A DNA stretch of 64,000 nucleotides from an uncultured Chloroflexia bacterium. GTDB taxonomy: Bacteria > Chloroflexota > Limnocylindria > QHBO01. Made by a program: the position numbers and the translations under genes. Shown here one piece after another: positions 29,400 to 39,517 of the stretch. The notes under the pieces were generated by a model. That model searched no databases and was not told where the DNA came from. It saw nothing but the letters and a program-made list of their open reading frames with translations. Position 1 is the stretch's first letter. Each line of letters opens with the position of its first letter. The stretch lies in the NCBI GenBank assembly GCA_963699235.1, contig OY969424.1, positions 20,311-84,310 of the forward strand, written 5' to 3'.

Positions 29400-31502
29400 C
29401 TATCGGCGACCCGCCGCCACATCACCAGACCGCACCAGAATCTCCCCCTGTGCATTCGCGAAGATCGATTCGTAGCCCGCCGCCACGATGAGGTCCCGGG
29501 TCTCGGGTGGTACTCCCTCCGGCTCGAGCACGACGTACGGAAACGCCTCGGCCAGCTTGGCTTCGAGATCGCTGAAAGGGTAGAGCCGGCCCCCCGCCGT
29601 GTGGCTGCTGACCTCGGTCTCGATCGACACCATGGTCTCGACCATGCCCCCGAAAACACCGATCGGCGTGGCGTCCCACTGCTGGAAGTTGTAGGCCACG
29701 TGGAGGACCGGGGTGGTGGAGCGGAGCTGGCCGGCGTTCACCTCGTCCACCAGCTGGTTCACCAGCTCCTGCTGGGTGCCGTTGATGACATACCGCGAGT
29801 CGGGGTAGCCGTACCAGAAGCCGATCTCGGCAAAGCGGAGATCGATGGACATCGTCTCGCTGGTGCGGTGCTCGCCCAGGTGGAGCGGCTCGACCGGCGC
29901 GCCGCGGAGCGGCAGCGCCAGGAAGACGAGGAACGCGCCGATCATGCCCAGGCCCAGCAGACCGTTGAAGTCCGGCCGGAGCCAGACCGTCCGCAGGGCA
30001 TAGGCGGCAAAGACGGCCATGAACACCGGCGTCCAGTAGTGGAGGGTCTTGGTGACCTCGAAGTCGAGGCCCTCGATCCCGATGGTGGACCACGGGATGG
30101 CCGCCGCGGCAACGACGGCCAGGAGGCCCAGGAAGAACGCGGCGACCGGCGTGGCGGCGAAGGTTCGCCGCCCGGCCACCGCACCGGCGAAGACCACGGT
30201 CAGCCCCAGCACGGGGTAGAGCTGGAAGAAGTCGCTGAAGCCGGAGATCAGCGGCCCGGCCTGGGGCCAGGCCAGGATCAGCACCCCCACGATGGCCACC
30301 GCCGCCGCGCCCCGCATCCCGAGAGCGAACCAGCGAGTCCCGGTCTCCCAGCGGTCGAACAGCCACACGGCGCCGATGGCGGGCGGAATGACGAGCAGCC
30401 CAAGGGCGGAGGGCAGGTCGATCCCGATCATGGTCGTGGCCTGCGGCAGAGCCAGGATCGCGCCACCGACCAGGGCGGGCACCCCGAGCCGGGCATATCG
30501 GTCCGGGAAGACGGCGACCAGGGTCGCGACCACGGCCACGGTCAGGACGCCGACCAGCGGATGGAGGAATACGGTCGCCGCGAGGGCCACGGCCAGGGTG
30601 AGCGGCCGGGCGCGCTTGTCGCCCTCCAGCAGCTCGACCAGGCAGAACGCGGTGAGGGGCAGGACGATGACCGTGGCCCGCGCGTCCGCCATCCGGGCGA
30701 AGGACTCGGTCAGGGTGAAGGCGAGGAGCATCCACCACCCCACCCCGATGCCGTGGACGCCGGACGCGAGGCGGACCATGCCGGCCCCGACCAGGACCGT
30801 GGCGGGGAGGATGAACGCCGAGACCGCCAGGCCCGCCGGCTGGCCGCTGAGCACGGTGGTCGAGCCCAGGAGCCCGGTGTATCCCAGGAACATGCGGGAC
30901 GGGCCGTAGATGGGAGAGGGTGCCGTGGTCAGGACGTCGAACGCGCCGAAGGTCGCCAGGTGCTGGGGCGGCGCGACGTGGTTGGGCAGGACGTCGATGA
31001 ACGGCACGACCGGCGACGCCAGCTGCAGGACCACCGCGCCGGACCAGGCGAGGACGACCAGCGCGCCGGCGGCGGTCGGCCACCCGAGGCGGAGCCGCGG
31101 TGGCTCGTCGAAGATCGGCCGGACGAACCAGCCCAGGCCGATGACCGCGCCGTTCACCAGCAGCAGGACCGGCAGCCGGAAGATGCCCAGACTGCCCAGC
31201 AGCATGAGCGCCACCAGGCCGATGACGACCGCCCCGACCAGGCCGCCGAGCGACGCATCCAGCACGCTCCGGTAGGGCCGGCCGCGGAGGGCGCGGACCA
31301 CCATTGAGCCCGCGGTCAGCTGGATCAGCGTCGCCACGAGGACGATGACCGCCGCCGGGAAGGTGACCGGCAGCTGGCTGACGACCCCGTCCCACGCCCC
31401 CTCCCAGGTGGAGGCGAGGTTCGTCCCGTCCAGCATCCGGATGCCGAGCAGGAACGCGGCCACCCCCACCAGGGCCAGGCCTTCGAGCGTGCGATTCCTC
31501 AC
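29400..31502 (-). CDS. Large polytopic membrane protein with extracellular C-terminal domain, possible GT-C glycosyltransferase
   Basis: About 700 aa, 14 or more hydrophobic segments, D-x-x-x-N-H loop after the early TMs; start uncertain (31502 or 31550). Confidence 0.6.
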   Translation of the reverse strand: MRNRTLEGLALVGVAAFLLGIRMLDGTNLASTWEGAWDGVVSQLPVTFPAAVIVLVATLIQLTAGSMVVRALRGRPYRSVLDASLGGLVGAVVIGLVALMLLGSLGIFRLPVLLLVNGAVIGLGWFVRPIFDEPPRLRLGWPTAAGALVVLAWSGAVVLQLASPVVPFIDVLPNHVAPPQHLATFGAFDVLTTAPSPIYGPSRMFLGYTGLLGSTTVLSGQPAGLAVSAFILPATVLVGAGMVRLASGVHGIGVGWWMLLAFTLTESFARMADARATVIVLPLTAFCLVELLEGDKRARPLTLAVALAATVFLHPLVGVLTVAVVATLVAVFPDRYARLGVPALVGGAILALPQATTMIGIDLPSALGLLVIPPAIGAVWLFDRWETGTRWFALGMRGAAAVAIVGVLILAWPQAGPLISGFSDFFQLYPVLGLTVVFAGAVAGRRTFAATPVAAFFLGLLAVVAAAAIPWSTIGIEGLDFEVTKTLHYWTPVFMAVFAAYALRTVWLRPDFNGLLGLGMIGAFLVFLALPLRGAPVEPLHLGEHRTSETMSIDLRFAEIGFWYGYPDSRYVINGTQQELVNQLVDEVNAGQLRSTTPVLHVAYNFQQWDATPIGVFGGMVETMVSIETEVSSHTAGGRLYPFSDLEAKLAEAFPYVVLEPEGVPPETRDLIVAAGYESIFANAQGEILVRSGDVAAGRR

Positions 31503-31628
31503 GGCGGCGTACGGTACATGGCCCGCCGAACTCATCCATCGCGCGTTCACATTTCGCGCACACGACGGGTCCAGGCTGCTCGGCAGTGGACCGGATCCAT
31601 CGGTCCGAAACGAGGAGTCTCAATTCAC

Positions 31629-32075
31629 ATGTACGTGTTCTTTCGCGTCCTTGCCTTCCTGCTGGCCTTCGGCCTGCTGGCCGCGGTCGGCATCGGTATC
31701 TACAACGCCGGGGTCTCGGCCGGCATGGGGACCGACGTCGGGATTCCGCCATACGTCGGCGAGCCGTGGGGCTGGGGATGGATCGGCGGGATCTTCGGGT
31801 TCGTGATCGGCCTGTTCTTCCTGTTCCTGTTCTTCGGCCTGATCTTCGGGCTGTTCCGCGCCGCGTTCGGCCGGGGCCACCACGGTGGACGGCACCACGG
31901 CTGGGACGAGCATCGATACGGCTATCGCAACGGAGAGGACGGCTCCGACCGCCGCCGCAGTCGCCACGACTACTTCGAAGAGTGGCACCGCGAGCTCCAT
32001 GGGGAGGGCCCGGATGCGCCGCCCACCCCGGACACGCCTGCCGGGCCGGACACGCCGGCGTCCAAGCCGGCCTGA
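31629..32075 (+). CDS. Hypothetical membrane protein with His/Arg-rich tail, upstream of two-component system
   Basis: GAGGAG SD; two TM segments; ends FEEWHRELH. Confidence 0.7.
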   Translation: MYVFFRVLAFLLAFGLLAAVGIGIYNAGVSAGMGTDVGIPPYVGEPWGWGWIGGIFGFVIGLFFLFLFFGLIFGLFRAAFGRGHHGGRHHGWDEHRYGYRNGEDGSDRRRSRHDYFEEWHRELHGEGPDAPPTPDTPAGPDTPASKPA

Positions 32076-32137
32076 CCTCCTCTCGAGACCGATGCGCGCG
32101 GGCGGCTGAGGCCGCCCGCGCGACTACCATGCCGCTC

Positions 32138-32807
<670 letters not shown>

Positions 32808-32815
<8 letters not shown>

Positions 32816-33920
32816 CCCGCGGTATCGCCGCCACCGCCATCACCGATACGACCGACAGCGGCCGCCGTGGTGGCCGGAGGACGAGGCCTGGCCCCCGGCC
32901 GATGGCTCCGGCGAGCAGATGCGCGGCCACTTCATGTGGCGCATCGGCTGCTTCTTTCTGTTCATGGTGTTCCTCATCGTCTCCGTGGTCACGCTGCTGA
33001 CCTGGCTCATCTCGGGGGCGACGGGTGGCTCGCCGGTGGCGACGATCGTGCTGATCGCGATCGTTGTCCTCATCCTGCTGGGCCTTGCCGGGCGGGCATT
33101 TCGCCGGGTGGCCGTCCCGGTCGGGGACCTGGTCGAGGCCTCCGGCCGGGTCGAGACCGGCGACTTCAGCGCGCGCGTGCCGGAGGAGGGTCCGCGCGAG
33201 GTTCGGTCCCTGGCACGCGCCTTCAACTCGATGAGCAGCCGCCTGGAGGAGATGGAGCAGCAGCGCCAGTCAACACTGGCCGATGTCTCCCATGAGCTCC
33301 GCACCCCGCTGACCGTGATCCAGGGCACCGTCGAGGCCATGCTCGACGGGGTCTACCCGTCGGATCCCGAGCACCTGGAGCCGATCCTCGAGCAGGCACG
33401 CCTCATGGAGCGGCTCATCGACGACCTGCGGACGCTCACTCTGGCCGAGGCAGGACGGCTGGTCCTCCATCGCGAGCCCACCGACTTGGGCGCCCTGCTC
33501 CCCGACGTGGCCGCGGGATACCGGAGCCAGGCCGAGCAGGCCGACGTCCAGCTCATCGTCACCGTGGCGAAGGCCGTCCCGGACATGGACGTCGATCCGG
33601 CCCGCATCCGGGAAGTTGTGGCCAACCTGCTGGCCAACGCCCTGCGCCACACCCCGTCCGGCGGCAGCGTGGACCTCGCCGCGCGGCTGACCGGAACCGA
33701 GGTGGAGGTCACCGTCCGCGACACCGGAAGCGGAATGGACGCCGAAGAACTGGGCCGCGTCTTCGATCGCTTCTACCGCTCGCCCGACTCCCCGGGGAGC
33801 GGCCTCGGCCTCCCCATTGCGCGCGACCTGGTCGAAGCCCATGGCGGCACCCTGACCGCCACCTCTGAGCCGGGCCGCGGCACGACTCTCCGCTTCACCC
33901 TCCCCCTCGCGGGGCGCTAG
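32808..33920 (+). CDS. HAMP-domain sensor histidine kinase (BaeS-like)
   Basis: Two TM, HAMP, SHELRTPL, NLLANALRH, DTGSG, GSGLGL. Confidence 0.95.
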
Positions 33921-34357
33921 AGCTCGCCGGCTTCCATCATCCGCTGCAGGTTCGCGAGCCCGGTTTCCCACGCGTTCGAGTACCAGTTCATGAACGGCTT
34001 CATGAACAGCCGCATGGCCATCCCCGCCTGGGCATCGAAGGTGAAGGTGAGCTTCGTGCCGCCATCAACCGGCGTGCACTCGATGGTTCCCGTCCACCGG
34101 ACGCCCTGCTGGGTTCCGACCAGCACGCCGCGGCGCGGCGGGTCGAACTCGGTGACCGTCGCGTCGTTCTCGGCGCGGCGACCACCAACAGTCACGATCG
34201 CGTGCCGGACGCTCCCGACGCCGTGGGGCGGTGGCGTCGTCCAGTACTCCTCGACGTCGGCCGGGAACCAGCGACCTGTCTTGGTCACATCGGTCACGAC
34301 CGCGAAGACGTCCTCGACCGATCGATCGATGGTGACGCTGTTGACCGCGCTTGCCAT
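33917..34357 (-). CDS. SRPBCC (polyketide cyclase/dehydrase-like) protein
   Basis: SVTIDRSVEDVFA.V.D....RW, VTEFDPP, DGGTKLT. Confidence 0.82.
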   Translation of the reverse strand: MASAVNSVTIDRSVEDVFAVVTDVTKTGRWFPADVEEYWTTPPPHGVGSVRHAIVTVGGRRAENDATVTEFDPPRRGVLVGTQQGVRWTGTIECTPVDGGTKLTFTFDAQAGMAMRLFMKPFMNWYSNAWETGLANLQRMMEAGEL

Positions 34358-34366
34358 CGGGCGGGG

Positions 34367-35731
34367 TCAGCCGATGCGGATCATCTTCTTGTTCACGAAC
34401 TCGTCCGCGCCGAAGCGGCCGAGCTCGCGGCCCGAGCCCGAGCGCTTGATGCCGCCGAACGGCAGCTCGGCACCGTCGGCGAGCACGACGTTGACGAACA
34501 CCATCCCGGCCTCGATGCCGTCGGCAACGCGGAGCGCCTGCTCCTGGTCGGTGGTGTACACGTACGAGCCCAGGCCGAACGGCGTGTCGTTCGCGATGCG
34601 CACGGCGTCGGCCTCGTCCTTCGCGCGGTACACCTGCGCGACCGGGCCGAAGAACTCCTCCTTGGAGGCGGGGTTCTCAGGAGTGACATCCGTCAGCACG
34701 GTCGTCTGGAAGAACGCGCCGTCGCGGCTGCCGCCGTGCACGAGCGTCGCGCCGTGCTCGATCGCGCGCCTGACCTGCTGGTCGAGGCCTTCGGCGGCCT
34801 TCAGCGAGGACAGCGGGCCGAGCGCTGAGTCGGCCGACGTCGGGTCGGTCGCCTCGATGTCGGCGATCTTCGCGGTGAACTTCTCGAGGAACGGCTCGTA
34901 CAGGTCATCGGCGACGATGAAGCGCTTGGCCGCGTTGCAGGACTGCCCGCTGTTGTCGAGGCGGGCGTCGACCGCGTTCTGGACAGCGGTGTCGAGGTCG
35001 TCGGTCGAGAGCAGGATGAACGGGTCCGAGCCACCGAGCTCGAGCACGACCTTCTTCAGGTGCCGGCCGGCGATCTCGGCGACCGCGGCGCCGGCGCGCT
35101 CGGAGCCGGTGAGCGAGACGCCCTGGACCCGTGGGTCGGCGATGACCCGCTCGAGCTGGTCGTGCGAGGCGTAGACGTTCACGTAGGCGCCGGCCGGGAA
35201 TCCCGCGTCGAGGAAGATCTGCTGCATCGCGGCCGCGGACTCCGGGCATTGCCCGGCATGCTTGAGCAGGATCGCGTTGCCGATGATGAGGTTCGGGCCG
35301 GCGAAGCGGGCGACCTGGTAGTACGGGAAGTTCCACGGCATGACGCCGAGCAGCACCCCGAGCGACGAGCGGCGGATGACCGCCGAGCCATCGCCCGCGA
35401 GGAGCGCGACCGGTTCGTCCTTGAGGAACTCCGGCGCGTGGTCGGCGTAGTACTCGTAGATGTCCGCGGCGAAGTCGACCTCGCTGAGCGCCTGCGCGAT
35501 CGGCTTGCCCATCTCGCGCACGATGAGCTCCGCCAGCTCCTGCCGGCGCTCGCGGTGGAGCTCGCTGACGCGGCGGATGAGGGCCGCGCGCTCCCCGACC
35601 GTGGTCGATTTCGACCAGGTTCGGTGCGCCTCGTCGGCAGCGGTGATCGCGGCCTCGAGCTCGGCGTCGGTGATGGTGTCGTAGGTCTTGACCGTCTCGC
35701 CCGTGGCGGGGTTGGTCACCGCATAGCTCAT
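34367..35731 (-). CDS. gabD: NAD(P)-dependent succinate-semialdehyde dehydrogenase (GabD1-type)
   Basis: NPATGE, MPWNFPYYQVARFAGPNL, LELGGSDP, GQSCNAAKR, EEFFGP, FGGIKRSG. Confidence 0.88.
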   Translation of the reverse strand: MSYAVTNPATGETVKTYDTITDAELEAAITAADEAHRTWSKSTTVGERAALIRRVSELHRERRQELAELIVREMGKPIAQALSEVDFAADIYEYYADHAPEFLKDEPVALLAGDGSAVIRRSSLGVLLGVMPWNFPYYQVARFAGPNLIIGNAILLKHAGQCPESAAAMQQIFLDAGFPAGAYVNVYASHDQLERVIADPRVQGVSLTGSERAGAAVAEIAGRHLKKVVLELGGSDPFILLSTDDLDTAVQNAVDARLDNSGQSCNAAKRFIVADDLYEPFLEKFTAKIADIEATDPTSADSALGPLSSLKAAEGLDQQVRRAIEHGATLVHGGSRDGAFFQTTVLTDVTPENPASKEEFFGPVAQVYRAKDEADAVRIANDTPFGLGSYVYTTDQEQALRVADGIEAGMVFVNVVLADGAELPFGGIKRSGSGRELGRFGADEFVNKKMIRIG

Positions 35732-35819
35732 CGTATGGGTCTCCCTGTCGGTGCGCCACGCCCGAGCCGGTCTGCCGCGTTGCAGCCGCCGGGAGGCGGG
35801 TTGGTGGGCTTGGCCGATT

Positions 35820-36410
35820 CTACTCGCGGCCCCTCACAGGCCGGTAGCCCCCTCCGACTCGGGGCCAGTCCACCCGGAAGCGGACGATCGGGCACTGAAC
35901 GCCACCCAGCACCCAGTCGTGCTGGGGCACGTCGATGGCCAGGCCCATCCGCTGGTAGAAGCCGATGGCGCGCGTGTTCTCCCGAAACGCCCAGACGACA
36001 AATGGGTTGAAGCCGCGTGTCCGCAGGTCGTCGACCGCCTTCTGGTACAGCGCTCCGCCGACGCCGGTACCGATGACGTCGGGATCGAGATAGAGGTTGG
36101 TCAGCTCCCCGGATCCGTCGATCGGCGGTAACCACCAATCCTTCCCGGGCGAGGCGGTGGCGTAGCCGATGATTGTGCTACCGCGTTCCGCGACCCAGGC
36201 GCGGCTGGGGTCGTCCGGGTCCGTCAGCCGAGGCATCGCTTCGCTCCACATGGTCGGTGCCTCTTCCGTCCATTCCTTCAGCACCAGGTCGGGCACGATG
36301 CCGGGGTAGGTGGCCGCGTAGGCTCGAGCCGTGACGCCGGCCAGGGCCTCGGCGTCCTCGGGCCGAACGAGCCGGATTCTCACCGCGTCCACGGTCGGGC
36401 TACTTGCCAC
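35820..36410 (-). CDS. GNAT family N-acetyltransferase
   Basis: LYLDP..IGTGVGGAL, N.RAIGFYQRMG. Confidence 0.85.
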   Translation of the reverse strand: MASSPTVDAVRIRLVRPEDAEALAGVTARAYAATYPGIVPDLVLKEWTEEAPTMWSEAMPRLTDPDDPSRAWVAERGSTIIGYATASPGKDWWLPPIDGSGELTNLYLDPDVIGTGVGGALYQKAVDDLRTRGFNPFVVWAFRENTRAIGFYQRMGLAIDVPQHDWVLGGVQCPIVRFRVDWPRVGGGYRPVRGRE

Positions 36411-36969
36411 TCCGGACCGGACGGAATCCCCCGTCGGCCACGCGAGCCATGACGAACATGAGATCCGCCAGCCGGTTCAGGTAGCGAACGACCTCCGAGT
36501 CAGGGAGCTCACCGGCCTCCGCCAGGGCCACCGCCCGCCGCTCCGCCCGACGGGTGACCGATCGGGCCAGGTCCAGGGCGGCGCCCGGCTCCGATTCGCC
36601 TGGGACGATGAACTCGGCAGGCATCGGGTCCTTGGCTGTCCAGCTATCGATCTCCTGCTCGAGGGCAGTCGTCATCTCGGCCGTCACCCGGCTGATGCCA
36701 TCGGTCAGGCGGGACCGCTTGTCGTTGTGGGTCGCGATCTCGGCCCCGACCACGAACAGCTCGCGCTGGAGGCGGATGATCGTCTCGCTCAGGCGCGCTT
36801 CCTTGCGATCGGTGATGGTGCCAAGCGCCGCCCGAGCCATCCCGAGCGCGGCCACCGCTTCGTCCACCGAGCCGGCAGCCTCGATCCGGGCGCTGTCTTT
36901 CCCCACCCGGGCGCCGCCAAACAGGAGCCCGGTGTCGCCGGTATCACCCTTGCGGGTGTAGATCTTCAT
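36400..36969 (-). CDS. PduO-type cob(I)alamin adenosyltransferase
   Basis: MKIYTRKGDTGDT, EAAGSVDE, LQRELF, RRAERR, YLNRLAD. Confidence 0.92.
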   Translation of the reverse strand: MKIYTRKGDTGDTGLLFGGARVGKDSARIEAAGSVDEAVAALGMARAALGTITDRKEARLSETIIRLQRELFVVGAEIATHNDKRSRLTDGISRVTAEMTTALEQEIDSWTAKDPMPAEFIVPGESEPGAALDLARSVTRRAERRAVALAEAGELPDSEVVRYLNRLADLMFVMARVADGGFRPVRSGK

Positions 36970-36981
36970 GTCGGACCGATG

Positions 36982-37911
36982 CTATTCCACGGTCCGGAGG
37001 ATGCGGAGGGCGCGCAGGGTATTCCACCGGCTTTCGCCGCCCGGCTTCTCCATCTCGACCAGGAGCGTTCCCGGGATCCGCGACTGGAGCGGCCAGCGTC
37101 CGTTGGGCCGGCGCGTCTCGCGGAGCAGCTCCAGGGCATCCGTCGCCCGCTCATCGCTCAGGGCCGGCGTCCGATGGAGGTAGTCCAGTCCACGCATCGC
37201 GTTGTAGTGCCAGTGCCAGGGGTAGGTCAGCTGGACGAACCGATGGTCGGCGACCTCTCCGGTGGTGTGAGAGCGGTAGATCCGATGGGCGAGCAGGAAC
37301 TCGATCGCTCCAGCTTCGGACTCGCGAAAGGCGCGGTCGTCGATCACGGCGCGGTCGTGGGCGTTCCGCAGGTTCTCGAGAACGTTGAGGGTGGTGTGGA
37401 ACGAGCTGTGGGTCGTCGATGGGCGGTTCCGGATGTGGCAGTTCCATCCGCCGTCAGCGAGCTGGACGCTGATGACCGTCTCGGCCAACGGACCGAGGCG
37501 GGCATCGCCGGCCATGTACGTCGAGCCCAGGCCCAGCCAGAAGCCCAGGTGGCAGAGGTCCATCCGTTTGAGGAGCACCGGGCGGTCCACCGGTTTCCCC
37601 GGCGGCATGAGCCGATCCATCAGCCCATCGCGCGGTGCCCACGGGGCCGGATGATCCTCCGGGAGTCCAAGCGCCATGAGCAGCAGCGGCGTCCATGGCG
37701 CGTCGGTCCAGCGTCCTTTGGGCCAGCGGCCATCGGCCGCCTGGAACGTGAGAATCTGTGCGGCCCAGCCGGTCTCGATCGTCCGGCGCTGTTCAGCTCG
37801 CCACACGTCCTCGGGCTCGTCCAGGAGATCGCGCATCACCTGCCATCGGATGGCGGGATCGCCCTCGAGCAGCCAGCCCACCACGGGATCGCCTTGCGCG
37901 AGGACCGTCAT
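36982..37911 (-). CDS. Conserved hypothetical protein, alpha/alpha-barrel (prenyltransferase/squalene cyclase-like)
   Basis: WLLEGDPAIRWQV.RDL, Q..DGGWNC, SSFHTT, YP..WHY..LRGLDY. Confidence 0.7.
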   Translation of the reverse strand: MTVLAQGDPVVGWLLEGDPAIRWQVMRDLLDEPEDVWRAEQRRTIETGWAAQILTFQAADGRWPKGRWTDAPWTPLLLMALGLPEDHPAPWAPRDGLMDRLMPPGKPVDRPVLLKRMDLCHLGFWLGLGSTYMAGDARLGPLAETVISVQLADGGWNCHIRNRPSTTHSSFHTTLNVLENLRNAHDRAVIDDRAFRESEAGAIEFLLAHRIYRSHTTGEVADHRFVQLTYPWHWHYNAMRGLDYLHRTPALSDERATDALELLRETRRPNGRWPLQSRIPGTLLVEMEKPGGESRWNTLRALRILRTVE

Positions 37912-37951
37912 TTCGGCTCGATGCTAGCGCCCGGGTGCGCCGGCGGAAGGC

Positions 37952-38242
37952 CTAGAAGAGGCCGGGCGGGGGCTCCCAGCGATCGGCGAGCAGGGTGACT
38001 TTGACCGGGGGACCGACCACGTCCTCGGTCTTCTGCTTCACGGTCTGGATCAGGTCACCGGCCCACGGGCAGAACGGGGTGGTCAGGACCATCTTGATCT
38101 CGGTCGGCGAGCCATCGGTCCCGATCTCGACGTTCTTGATGAGGTCGAGGTCGACGATGCTCATCCCGATCTCCGGATCGTGGATGTCATAGAGCGCGGT
38201 CATCACCTCGTCCACCTTGGCGAGGTTGGCGTCGATCGTCAT
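37952..38242 (-). CDS. Metal-sulfur cluster assembly factor (SufT/DUF59/PaaD-like)
   Basis: DPEIGMSIVDLDLI, LTTPFCP. Confidence 0.85.
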   Translation of the reverse strand: MTIDANLAKVDEVMTALYDIHDPEIGMSIVDLDLIKNVEIGTDGSPTEIKMVLTTPFCPWAGDLIQTVKQKTEDVVGPPVKVTLLADRWEPPPGLF

Positions 38243-38285
38243 ACCCGACCAGATTAGCAGGGATTCGCTTTGAAGCGTAAAGGGC

Positions 38286-39008
38286 CTAGAACAGGCTCTC
38301 GCTGAACTTCGGATGTGGTTGGAGAATCTCGGGTCGAACCCGGGTGAAGCCTTCGTAGATCGGGTCGCCGGCCTCGATCGCGGCCCTCAGCTCGGTGATC
38401 GCGTCGGCCGTGTCGGCCTGGGAGGCGTGGCTCTGAAGCGCGTCCAGCCGGCGCTGGGCGACCTCGGTGATGTCGATCCGATGGGTCGCGCCCTGCTCTT
38501 CCCCGGAGAGGTCGTAGCGATTCGGTCCCGGCCCGAAGCCAGGGGCGATCACGAATGTCGAGTTCGGGGCCACGCCCTGCAGTGCCAGCCGCTCGACCGC
38601 CCACCGCGCGGCGCTGCCCACCGTGATGTGGTCTGGGTCACCGGTGACGCCGTGGGACCCGAAGGTGATGAGCACGTCCGGCCGGCGGTTCCCGAGCCAG
38701 GCGAAGATCTCCTCGATGAGCCGCTCGGTCGACTCGGCCGCGACGGCGCCGTCGGGATAGCCCTCCAGGAGGGTCACCTCATTCAGACCGATGGCCTCCG
38801 CAGCGCGGACCATCTCCGACTCGCGGATGGCGGCCAGGTCCGCGTCCGGCGTCCGCTCCGGGTTGCCGGCCTCGCCCCGGGTCACGACCAGGAGGCGGGT
38901 CGTCTTCCCCGCATCCCGGGCCAGGGCCAGTGACCCGGCGCATGTGAAGGCCTCGTCGGCAGGGTGGGCCAGGATGACGGCCATTCCTCCGGTTCGGTCG
39001 TACGTCAT
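38286..39008 (-). CDS. PIG-L/LmbE family deacetylase-like protein with altered catalytic motifs
   Basis: AHPADE, TRGEAG, R..E...A...IG, YPDG, GDPDH; start trimmed to ATG 39008. Confidence 0.82.
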   Translation of the reverse strand: MTYDRTGGMAVILAHPADEAFTCAGSLALARDAGKTTRLLVVTRGEAGNPERTPDADLAAIRESEMVRAAEAIGLNEVTLLEGYPDGAVAAESTERLIEEIFAWLGNRRPDVLITFGSHGVTGDPDHITVGSAARWAVERLALQGVAPNSTFVIAPGFGPGPNRYDLSGEEQGATHRIDITEVAQRRLDALQSHASQADTADAITELRAAIEAGDPIYEGFTRVRPEILQPHPKFSESLF

Positions 39009-39376
39009 GCGCTCTCCGGTGGCGTGGGTTCGGGCGCGGGATCGTCTGACAGCCGGCGCCAGCCCTGGCGCTCGACCGCGGAACGCATCGTACGCAGGAC
39101 CGCGACCTTGGCGCTCGCGACCTCGGTCACGAAGCGGGCCGTGCCGGCCTCGTCGAGCGCCGATCCGGGTGGGGCCGAGTCGCGGCCCACGTTGAGCCAG
39201 GCCAGGTGGTATCGGTCCATCCGACCCCAGACCGACTCCAGCAGCTGGTCCGATTCGAGGAGCCATGCACGGAATCCGTCCCAGTCGGGCGTTTCCGCCA
39301 GCCGATCGCCCTCCATGATGAGGGCATCGGTCGCGGCCAGGAAGGCGGCACGGGACATGACCGGCTCGGTCTGCAC
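39005..39376 (-). CDS. Hypothetical protein
   Basis: 123-aa ORF overlapping the PIG-L gene by ATGA; CATACT box 6 nt upstream. Confidence 0.6.
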   Translation of the reverse strand: MQTEPVMSRAAFLAATDALIMEGDRLAETPDWDGFRAWLLESDQLLESVWGRMDRYHLAWLNVGRDSAPPGSALDEAGTARFVTEVASAKVAVLRTMRSAVERQGWRRLSDDPAPEPTPPESA

Positions 39377-39459
39377 CGCCCGAGTATGGCGTGGCGGTGG
39401 CCATAGGTCCGCAGAGCATCCCGGTCGCTCCTGATCGCCCGTGCTCTGCCGTTCGTACT

Positions 39460-39481
39460 ATTGCTGATGACCCCCAGCAAT
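39460..39481. promoter_or_regulatory. Palindromic operator ATTGCTG-N8-CAGCAAT overlapping a TACTAT -10 box
   Basis: Perfect 7-bp inverted repeat directly after -10 element 39456-39461. Confidence 0.5.
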
Positions 39482-39517
39482 CAGGACACTCGCGGTGACA
39501 AAACGCACCGGCGAAAC

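Noticed and set aside
39482-39517. c-di-GMP riboswitch ahead of the GGDEF gene
   Set aside because: GAAA/CAAA words are present but the leader is too short and the GEMM helices cannot be formed
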